Part shown: in pieces, positions 24,840 to 36,000 of the stretch | How the letters are laid out: each line of letters opens with the position of its first letter | Numbering within the stretch: the first letter of the stretch is position 1 | Source: Ascidiella aspersa | Taxonomy: Eukaryota | Direction: 5' to 3' | DNA length: 64,000 bases | NCBI GenBank assembly: GCA_963924565.1 | Contig: OZ004610.1 | Location: 25,978,001-26,042,000 of the forward strand | Position numbers and translations under genes: made by a program | The notes under the pieces: generated by a model | Told to the model about the DNA's origin: nothing | Databases searched by the model: none | Seen by the model: only the letters and a program-made list of their open reading frames with translations

Positions 24840-25449
24840 CTTTAAACCTTAGGTGTAGTAAAAATAGCTAGCAGACTAATACAAGATTTGGAAGAACTGT
24901 TCGGGTTAGTTAATTAGTTGGATTCAACTGCCGAAAGTTGCAATATTTCTAGGGATTTTTCCCTGGATCCAGCCATAAATATTTCCTTTTCTGCTAAATA
25001 TTTAAGCAAGCGAAGTCTTAAACTATTTAAGCACACAATGACTGCTGAACCAAATGGAAGTTTGACAGTACACTGTGACACAGCTTGAAAGTACATTGTG
25101 ATATTATAATATCTCCAGTAGAAGTTAAAAAATACATTAATCAAAATTTTCACACATTGCTTAAGCAAACTAACTTAGCCAGCAATCAAACATTATTTTT
25201 AATATTTTAAAATGTTAAATTTTCACTTGCACTGATCTAGGATCCTAGCACATTTTTACAGTAACGAAGCGAGGTGACAAAATTGAAATTGCAAGGAAGA
25301 CATAAATTGCGAGAATAAATATATAATATTATTACTTGATACAACCGACCCCAAACGCTAACTTGCAACATAATGCAAATAATGTTAGCAATATAAAACA
25401 TAATGTGTTAGGATTCAAGATCTATAGACCAGCGCCCAAATATTTCATG

Positions 25450-25665
25450 GGGTAACACTAATTTACGGAATGATGAATGGTCGGAATAGTCGGAACGCTT
25501 GCAGTATTATTATTAAATATAACAACACTTGACCCACCTTCACCCAAACGCTAACCCCCACCCTAACTGAAATATTTTGCGTTGGTTTAATAATTTGTTT
25601 AACCGGGTAACACTTAAATTAGTGAGCGTTCCGACCATTCATCATTCCGTAAATTAGTATTACCC
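25450..25665. mobile_element. Foldback MITE with 37-bp TIRs and 9-bp TSD (Mutator-like)
   Basis: gggtaacactaatttacggaatgatgaatggtcggaa (25450-25486) is inverted at 25629-25665 with one mismatch; perfect TSD tatttcatg at 25441-25449 and 25666-25674. Confidence 0.85.
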
Positions 25666-25859
25666 TATTTCATGTTATTATTGCAGCATTGTGGTCTGTG
25701 AATAATAGTACAAACGCACGTAACATTGTATAAATTTCGTTTCAACATTATATACCCTGACGACTCCCTCTTTCCCAAACAACTGCAGTGTGTGTAGTGC
25801 ACGTTTTTTAAAAGAAAAACACTGAGCCCTAGCCCAAGCACGCGCGTGCCATTGCAGCC

Positions 25860-25960
25860 ACATATTTTCACACACACACCCTCCACTTTTTTGCGGTTCG
25901 CCTGAAATTGTTTCGCGGCTCTGACGTCAAATCAGTCAGCTGTCCGCCATTTTATGTCCA
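25860..25960 (-). promoter_or_regulatory. Putative beta-arrestin promoter/TSS region
   Basis: Local CpG-rich patch upstream of the gene, with a CRE palindrome TGACGTCA (25922-25929) and a YY1-type CCGCCATTTT (25944-25953). Confidence 0.4.
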
Positions 25961-27825
25961 AATTTGGATTAGTGTTTCGCTGATAAGACCCTTTTCGGGG
26001 GTCTTCGTCAGAAAGTTGCAATATCAACGTGAAGCGGGGTTTAACCTGAGTCTCGTTTTACCAAAATGCGAAAATATAGCGACACGCTTTTTTTTGCAAA
26101 GTTGCAGTTACAGTTTAATATAATTTCATCTATTTAAAATATTTTTTGCCATAGACTTGAATATAATCCTAAGATCGGATTAAATGAGGTCACCCGAACT
26201 CGAAAACCGAAACATTTTCCCCTGTTTTATTTTCAGTATATTTTCTGGTTATACTCTAGCAGAAATTAAATTCTATCAAATTTAGAAAACTGGCTACATT
26301 TATTTTTGATTACAACAATCTTTAAGTTTGTAGCACGGCCGGAGAGTCTTTTTGAGTTATTGTAGGCTACCGGTAGTTATTAATAATCCAAACCAACAAA
26401 TTATGGCTTGATCCTTAAGCTAACCAACCTTATAGAACGTTTTATATTAACAATGATGATAAATAAAGCACCCTGCTACCCTGCACGCCACACATGGCCT
26501 ACGTGTTGTTTTTATCGTACTACACAGCAGTATATAGCCTACTGCACTTTAGACACTCAATTTATTGAGACAGTTTTCAGAACACAGCATACAAGTAAGA
26601 TATGTTCCAAAATATTGGACCATAAGGATCAACACACTTAGGCTAGCTGCAAAAAAGGATATTAACACCTCATCGTTACAGAATATGAGGTGGTTTAATT
26701 TGTTTCTCCTTTTACAGTTAGCCTACCTGTAAATAGCCAGTAGGTAATATTACAACTTGAATACTTCTCGACTTACTTTTAAAACACGTTGTCCGGTCTA
26801 CACCTTTGCTTGCGCAAAAGACTGAGCATACAGCTACGAAGGTGTATTTTATAAGGGAATGGGCGACATGTGGCGCAATCGGATTTCATCCATTATCCGG
26901 CAAAATACGCGAAAATCATCTACAAATGGTTTGAGACCAAGGTATTATCCCCACCTTCCGAACACTGTCAAGCACAGTGATTTCGTTGTAATCATTACGG
27001 TACAATGACCTACAAAGAAGAAATCAATACTTGATTGTCCTTAAAGGTTTAAGAAATAAATGCAATTGCGTTTAGCCCTTAGCGGAAACAAGACGATCAA
27101 ATGCTGTGCCGTATAGTTTCGTCCAAAGAAGGTGTAAAGTGTATTTCGTAATATCTTGCAATTTTACCTTTAAACCTGAAAAAAATAAACATAACGTACC
27201 TGACAATTAACTAAAACCATTTTTAGAAAAAAGGTAAAAACACTTTTATTTTGTTGTTATTTTTTTAAGAGAATTTCGGTCCACAACCAAACTACAAATA
27301 AAGGATTTACTCAACTAAACCTTACAACAACCTAATAAAAATTGGGATTGTTTGATGAACACCAAAAACCAAACAATGTTACACCCGTTAATATTGTTTA
27401 AAATCTAAGATAAATTTTGAAAGCGTGGAAAATATTCTCCAAATCTGTAAAGAAATGTGCAAAGTATAGCCTACATCTTGTGATTTGGGTGATTGTCTTT
27501 ACTCTTTATAAACAACTAAATCTTAAAAATAAACTCACCTGGTGTTAATATTATTCGCAAATCGTGAAAGGGGGACAGCTTAAAATGCAAATCAATTTTC
27601 GGTCGCTATAATCCGGCGTTTTTACCGATTGCCAACAGATGCAGAAGATTTCAGTGTTCAGCAAATCAATTGAGCTGTTAGTAAGCATGCGCCTAAAATC
27701 ATTCAAGGTCAGTATTAGCGGCTTTATCCCTGTCGGCTGAACGATGGTTTGCTTTGGGATGTCCTGTTTTAATATCGGATCAGAACCGATACAAGATCCA
27801 AAGCGTTAATATCAGTAATGCCCGA

Positions 27826-28319
27826 CAGGGGTGGATCTAAATTCCAGTGGACAGGCACATCAGGCCATACCCCCCAAAAGTTTATTTTTTTGCCAAATTT
27901 TACTGTGTAAATGCTTTTTATTTTCGCTTTCTTTTTTCTGTTACCGGTATCAGCATAATGTTTGCTCTTTGTGTAAAAACTATTAAACTACAAGGCGCCC
28001 TGCAAATTATGTCAATTTGTTGGCTACAGTGTAAACTCATAAACGTTCTGTTCAATTAAAGTCAGACTATAACTCACCATTATTGAGTATTATGCGAATC
28101 TTTTTATGTGCCTAACGGTTTCGTTTTAGTTCAAGTTTTGGCAAAATAAATTAATTTTTTTGTGTTTTGCTCGATTGGACTGGATTTCAGCTGCATATTT
28201 TCGGTCGAGTTCGTTCAAAAATATCAGGTGTTTTAAAGATTAATTCTGGTTATTTTGTGTGACGTCATCCCTGAAAATATTATGGGCGCTTAACTAAAAA
28301 AAATCCTGGATCTGCCCTG
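27826..28319. mobile_element. hAT-like non-autonomous element
   Basis: TIRs caggggtggatc / gatctgccctg; TSD atgcccga / ctgtccga (6/8). Confidence 0.6.
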
Positions 28320-30052
28320 CTGTCCGAAACTATGCTGATATGTGCTTCTATGAACTGATACAGGCTTTTAGCGATGGTTTGCGTTCTAATGTAGCGATGT
28401 ATAAATAAAACGTGGTCTTAAAAACTTTTTCAAAAGGTCCTTAAAACTTTTCAAATTGACCTAAACACAAATTAACAAAACGCTTTCCATTCAGAAAAAA
28501 GATGTGTCAAAAAACATAAAAAAAAAAAAAAAATGTTTTATTCTTTTTTTTTGCGTTTTTTTATTAATATTATAATGAGGGCATAGGTATAGAATCTAAT
28601 TTCTAAAAAGTTTGTATGGCATCGAACATGGCCTACGTTATTTATTAAAAATATGCTTTTATTATTTTAATTTTCCTAAGATATCTGGCCTTGTTCTGGT
28701 CTCTGTTTGGGCTAACGCTTATTATTCATTATAAAACAATTTCAGCATTTAAAATATCACGTTTACACAGCCTCAACAAGTACTCGTTTTGCTGCCAAAA
28801 ATACACAAATATATATTATTATATATATACATTTTGACTGCGTATTCGTTGATTGTTTAGCTACACTCAATAGAAAACGACACTCTTTGTGTTGAAGTAG
28901 CATTCGACGAGAATGTATATTTGTCTGCAAAGAAATGAGCGCAAAAGATGGAAAGCATTTGAATGTCGGTATTTTACAGGCAACTTTGTCGGCCTGGGGT
29001 CTAGCGGTAATTTGTAGCATTTGGACCGAACAATTGATATATTTAGTTTTATTAGCTGGTGTTTATAGCAAAGACGGACCACAGGTCAATGAAAGGCCCA
29101 ATAGATCCCGCTCGCAGTTTTTTTTTTCTGAAGTCGCAGTTTTTTAGCCTTATGACGCAGGTAAGTGATGGCCTCCGGACAAATGCTTGGGTGCGGGTGG
29201 AATCACGCGTCGCAAATTTTACTATGCGAATAAGGTACGCATTTCAAAACTGTGCAAAAATTGGAAAGCAGTGTTTTTTAACCCATGGGTCGTGGCCCCG
29301 AAAAATTGGGTCGCCAACTGCGTGAACTCATAATGGTGAGATTGACGTTAGGTATTAAGCATAATTTCGCTGAAATTCCTAAAAATGCGGCAAGCAATTT
29401 GAAGACATGGGTTGTATTAATTTTACCTAAAATGTTTGTAATATTGCCTAGTGTTTGTGATTAGTTCGCCTCAATCAAACAAAAAGGTCAATGTTGACAT
29501 TTCGCTCAACAAATCTTCGCTGTATGTATTTATATATACTTTTTTGGGTAGCGTCGGAAAAAATGTTGAGAAACACTAATTTAGAGTTCAAAGAACGGCA
29601 ATCGCCTCAACCAGTATTTTTACATTTCTAGTGTGGTTGGACGCAAAACAAACAAATTTTAACGGATTTTAACGCACAATGGCTTAAAGTTGTATCTTTA
29701 CGTAGTATGAATATCAAAGTCCACACAGGCGCATATAGCTAGCATATTTTGAACATTCCAATGAGCCTTTAAAAAATTAAAAACCTTAGGAATTAATGGT
29801 AAAACACCAATAATAAGGCGTGATTCAAATAATAATATTTAAACACTGCAAAATACGGAACTCCTTTTTGTCAATGATGTGATCAAAAAACCTTGGTAAC
29901 CACTATCAAAATTCACCTGGTAAAACACATAAAACAACGCTTATCCGCAATAAAAAAAACAATCAAGTGGTATAAGGTTATTTTGTTTTTCCGAACCGTT
30001 GGCAAACGGCAGTGGCAGTAGAACAAAAGCAGTAGAAGAAGTGGCAAACAGG

Positions 30053-33000
30053 TCACTTGTGTCGGCCCTTCGGCTTGCTGCTTTTGCGTTTTACTTTCTG
30101 CTTTTTGGCCTTGGCACACGAAGGACAGAACCATTCCTCGTTTTCCGGTGGTTCCTGGGTGATTCCAACGCAAGGCCTGCAAGGAAACACAAGTCAAGCA
30201 AGCCTTTAGGACAGTGTTTAAAATAGTATGCTGCAAGCCTGCAAACAATACAAAGTTATCACTGTCAGTTAATATTACTTAACATTTACACTGTGTATAA
30301 CCTCGCTGAATATTGGCCTAAATCAGTGGTCGGCAAACTTTTTTGTCGCGGCCCAAAGTACTATTTTCAGAGATTTTGAAGGCCCACTATGTCAAACCAC
30401 TAGGAAAACAGTGGCGGATTCACGATATTTGATTTTAAGGTGAAATATAACACGGCGCCATGGTGCCCAAAACACTGCTATGCCATACTGTAAAGTGTAA
30501 AACATAATATAAATGAAGAATATACGCGCTAAGCGCGAACAATTTTGCGTTTACATACAGGTAAAGTTGGCAAAAAATATAGTTTGATCGGCTCTCAAGC
30601 CACATTTGGCACGTGGGTCTTTCCAAGCTGAGCCAATTCAAAAATTCTATGCCACACTGAATTTCTATGCACCACTTGCCTAAAGTTTACCTTGAGTAAC
30701 CCTGTAGGTCATTTTATCCAAGGCCAGCACGTTTCACGAGGGAATGTTACTTTTGTAACTTAACGCATTCAAGTAAATTGAAAAATCTGCACCTGGCATT
30801 ACACGTTAGTCGCTCGCCCAATAACACTCGATTTACACTTGATTATTATTCGTCGCAAGTTATTCGAGACGCAAGTAATTGATCGCCCGAAAAAACGCTG
30901 ACCAAGAGCTCGCTGAGATTCGGCGTAGCTTAAGGTACCACCAAGTGGAAAGCGTTTAAATTAGTTTCTGCCACATGGTGACAGACTTAAGTCAAGATTA
31001 GTCCGACACTCTACTACACCCTGAAAACAAAATACGACATTAACGTTAGAGCCAAATAAAACCGGCTAAAAAAGACGCAAACGGCGACCCTTGTTCTTTT
31101 GTTCTAAAATAGGTTAATGTGATTTTCTCTACGAGCTTCCCGATAACTCGCGATTATACAGTACGAGGTTATTTTATTTAACAACTAGTGGTTAAAAATT
31201 AATCATTCTTTTTACGAGCCTTGCTCTATTCGCAAATATTTGACGAAAACTTTGTTCTAATTTTAATTTGTAACCATTTAGTTATATTTTAAATATACTA
31301 TACATATATAATATAACTCAGGGTGGTCCTACTTCTTTTCATCGCGGGCCAAAAACAAAGTTTTTTTTATCTTGCGGGCCAAATGTTTTTAAATTGCGAT
31401 TCTTATGTATACCTTTGTTCAGTTACGGTAGTTATGAAATAATTTCAACACCAAAAAGTTAAAAAAAACAAAAATTAAAGTGATATTGCCAGATTGAACC
31501 AAAGCTGACTATCAGTTCGCGGGCAGAAAAAGCTGAACTCGCGGGCCAGCAGTTAAACCACGCTGATATAACTATACATTTCCAGTTAGCATCAAAGATT
31601 TTGGCCAGCCTTTCGAACATTACTTAAACTTAAGATGAGCGTAAATAGTTTAGTAAACACGCGCATGACAGTACTCGGGTCCATAAAAGTACTGAGAACA
31701 AGTTGGAGTATTAAGTTGTGTTTATTTGAGTTACTTAGATTCTAGAATGAGTCATAGTGCTATCTCGTTCCGATTTCGAGAACTCGCACAGGATGTGCAG
31801 CAGAAATCATTTATAAAACTAACAACGATCAAGAAAGGCGGTACACGCGTCAATATGAGTACTTAGCACGAGTTCGAGTTTTGACTCGTGTTTATCCAAG
31901 TACTTTGGATCCGAGTATTAACTTGTACCGATTTTAGGTACTTGGACAGGTCGTGCCGCGGGCATCGCCTCTAAAATGACAAACTACAAAGAGAGTTGTT
32001 ACTCGCGTAAATGTGAGTACTTGGAATGGTATCGAGTTATAACTCGAGCCGTACTAGTTCCGATTCCGATTCCGAGTCCAAATATACTCGTATTAAGTAC
32101 GACATTAAGTCCCATCAAATTGTATTAAAGATTAGCGGTACTCGTGTCAAACTGAGTTTTTAGGATATGTCCGAGTATACTCGTAATAATTGCAAAAAAC
32201 TGTATTGAAGATTAGCGGTACTCGCGTCAAACTGAGTTTTTAGGATAGGACCGAGTATACTCGTATTGATTCCATACAATTCTATCAAAGAATTGCGGTA
32301 CTATATCAAAATGAGTTTTTAGGCTAAATCCGACTATACTCGTATCGAGTACGATCACGAGTCCAGTAGAATTGTTTCGACTCACCAGTGGTACCATCCG
32401 TCGCACTGGTCGCACCCGATCATCGGACTTCCGTCGTCCGGCTTCATGCACCCGGGACAGATCCACACCTGGTTCCCCTGGGCGTCAATCACGACCCCGG
32501 TGCCACCCCCTGACCCCGCCCCACCGCTGGCCGACGCCACGCTGATGGTCTGGGTGATGACTGAAAAGTACAGGGTAAAAATCTGTGAGAACTGAGACTA
32601 AGAAGCTTAATTTAAAAGCGGGTTAGGGCAGTAAAGTTTACTGGCCTTTGCTATATATTGCTATTTATGGTGAAGAGACATTTGCACAGTAACTTGATGT
32701 AGTATGGTGCCAAGCATGGTGTAAGGATCTACCTTTGAGACCCACGGCGATATTTAAAATAAATATGTCAACGTTTTTTATCGAAATTTATTTAGGCTTT
32801 CTGTAAAAATCGATTGAAAGCAATTTATATTGGGTTTAATACTCGTTGGTTAAAAAAGTAACGTTTCGAAAAAATGTTTCGTATTAAGTTTTTGTTTGCA
32901 AAATAGTTCAACAGTATATTTGTCGCTTTTCGAAAATATATCAGTTAGTATATTGTTAATTTGATTTGGTGCATTAAATAAAGTTCTTGTGATTAAAAGG

Positions 33001-36000
33001 CATCATAATTGTTTGGATTTATTAGATTACGTTTTTCATTAAAAAAATTGGAAATAAAAATAAAGTTTTTGTGATTAAAAGGCGTAATATTTCCTTAGAT
33101 TTATTAGATTACGTTTTTTATTAAAAAAATTTGGAAATAAGAATTATTATCAAGGTCACCTTTACGCTCCACAGAACTCTTCTCTTTCTTTGCCTCTTTT
33201 TCTTTTTTCGCTTCCCTCTCTTTTTTCAGTTCCCGTTCTCTCTTTAACTCCCTTTCTTTCTTCAGCTCCTTTTCTTTTCTCGCCTCTTCCTTTTTCAGTT
33301 CCTTCTCTCGCTTCAGTTCTCTCTCGCGCTTCAGCTCCCTTTCTCTTTTAGCTTCCTTCTCTTTTTTCGCCTCGGCAAGTTTTTTTGCCGAACCGGGATA
33401 GTCGTCATCTTTAGAAGGTCGCTTTATTTTTGACGGTTTAACTAAACTCCTGTAAAGCAAAGCATACAAAAGTAATGCACCTAAACAGTAAAAGAACAAA
33501 CCACAGTCATTACAAATTAGTGGTGATTTGACGTAAACATAGCGCACCTGGGGACAGTTTAAAAAGGTTTAAATTTGTTTTTACAGTTTGCGGGGCTATT
33601 TTAATAGCATTTTATACTAGCAATGCGACCAAGAAAGCAAGATTTATAAAAAATAACGCACAGTATTTAAAATTAGTCATTTAAAGTCACACTAGTGGAT
33701 CAGACAAATGTCCAAATAATTTTCGAAAAAGTCTTGCCGTTCAAAACACACGTTTTTCGAGTTATTAAACAATTTTTCAATAGAGACATTTGTTTCCCAA
33801 TTTTTTTTAAAAAAAGGCAAAGTTGGACATATTATATTGCAAATCACAAAATCGCAAAGTGTCTGAATTTTCGACGAGAATTACAAAACCAATAAACTTA
33901 CACGTGATGATCGCTGGGCGTCATTTTGAGGGTGAGCTTAAGTGGCGTTTCGTCTCGGCTCTGAAACAATACTAAACATTAGGCTCCACCTTTCAACTAT
34001 ATTTCTGTTGGCATTCCAGTATAAAGAATTTGGCAGATGCTTTGGGAAGATAATTTTTTTAACGGCGTCTTTTTTAAAATTTCTTACAAATGAAATAATA
34101 AAGGTTAATTTTTCTATGGATTTACAGAGCAACGCCATTATTTATAAGTATTGTTCAACAGAGTGGTTCTAAACGTTTTTCCGCGGCGACGCAAATAGTA
34201 AACGTTAGCATAACAGCGAAGCTTTGGCGACCCAATTCTCTTTACTGAACATTGTGTAAGCATAAAGTGAACAAAGCACGAATTGGACTATAACATTACT
34301 TAATCCAATTTACTTATTATGATCTATGCCTTCGTATTGCTTCCGCAAAATTTTGAGAAAACTTGGTTAGAAGTCATTTTAACCAGTGGCGTATCCAAGG
34401 GGTGGTTTGGGGTTCGGACCCCCCTTTTTGTAAGTGATATTATCGTTTTTATCAGGGTTTAAAAAACTGTTAGAAGCGGTGTGTTTTTAATGTAATTGTG
34501 TCACACGTCTTAAGCTAATGCGAAACCAAAATCCAGCGCAAAACGCAGGACATTATTTTATTAGTTTAGGTTGGCTGACTAGCAAGTGTGTATTCAACAA
34601 TTGACAACGCTAAGTCAAACCTTCATGCTTTTTTCTCGAAAAAAAAACGTCGAGTTAGGCGCAATTAATGTTCCTCGCTGTTCGCTCTCTGCGCTAATAT
34701 CCGATGATGGTATAACAACGGCATTTTTTTCTTAAAAGTGTGGTATAATGGTGACTGTCGTGCGCGTTTCAAAATCGCAATTTTTAATTATAATAGTTAA
34801 CGAAAAAGTATTCCCTTTAAGCATATTCTAAGACCACGTGTTTAATGTGCAATTGACACAACTTATTTTTTCTCAACCATAGTTTGTATCTAGGGTAACT
34901 GGGCACACAGCTCGGCGCAGATGTTGCTAATCGAGGCATATTAACCCCCTGAAAAAATATCTTCGTTTAGTATTGCAGGTAGCGGAAGACGTGATTGTAA
35001 TTTAGCGTAGTCCAGTACATGGGACTTTGGTAACTGGGCTGTTGATAGTCGATTATGATTCTACCACAATTAATTACACATATTTCACAGTCTTGTTTAC
35101 GTTTTTCGCCTGAAGTTAACGATTGCACACTAAACGGTTTCGCAGCTAGCGCCTAGCAGGAGTGTTGTTGACGACGAACGTGTTCGCTTTGCGTCTAAGG
35201 GTTCTGTTTTGCTGGACCTCAATTGGCTGGTTCTGATTTTTCTATGACATCATACCCTTCACCATGTTATGGCTTCATAATTAATTACCATTGACGGTAA
35301 GTTGAAAATTCAAGAACCCTTTTTTTTGATTCTAAGTACGCCCCTAATTTTTACAAATATAACCATGTTAACTTCTTCAGTCGACGACCCAACCAAATTA
35401 AACGGCGATCAAATTATGGGTCGCGGTCCATGGGTTGACAAGCACAAGTATAAAACTTTCTTGCACCTAAAACTTTATTATGTGTTTTACCTTATTCAAA
35501 AATCGCATTTCTTTTTCTTTTTCCTTCTTCTTTTTCTTTTCCTTCTTCTCTTTCTTTCTCTCTTTTTCCTTGATCGGTGGAGTGGGAACAGAAATGGAGG
35601 CGGATACTTTTGGTAGAGGAAGATTTTTCTTCTCGTACGAGGTGACGTCACGGCTCATCTGAACGCGAAAAAACAAGAATAACAAGCTGCTATACAAATC
35701 AACTACCAAACGGGGTTAACAATCTTTTTTAAAAACATTAAAAACATTTTTTTTAATTAAATTAGTTTTAAATGGCATGATGTGTTTTTTAAGTCAAAAA
35801 GGTATATAGTTTTTGCGAAGCCCAGGCCCAACAAGGTGCTTTAGCAAAACTCGCGTTTAATTCAACGTGACTGAAATATATAATAACAAAAACAGAAGGC
35901 AGGGAACGTCGCCGCAGTAAAATAGATGAAACCCGTTAAGCGAAAAAACAAACAATTAAAATAATACATATATTGTCTGACGTATGATTGCAGACTACAT

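Noticed and set aside
25985-26005. Hairpin aagaccc-ttttcgg-gggtctt as an intrinsic terminator
   Set aside because: Only a 7-bp stem with no U-tract, in a eukaryotic locus.
13632-32350. Regularly spaced repeats (13.6-14.0 kb and 32.1-32.35 kb) as CRISPR-like arrays
   Set aside because: The whole units are homologous, with no unique spacers, no cas genes, and a eukaryotic intronic context.
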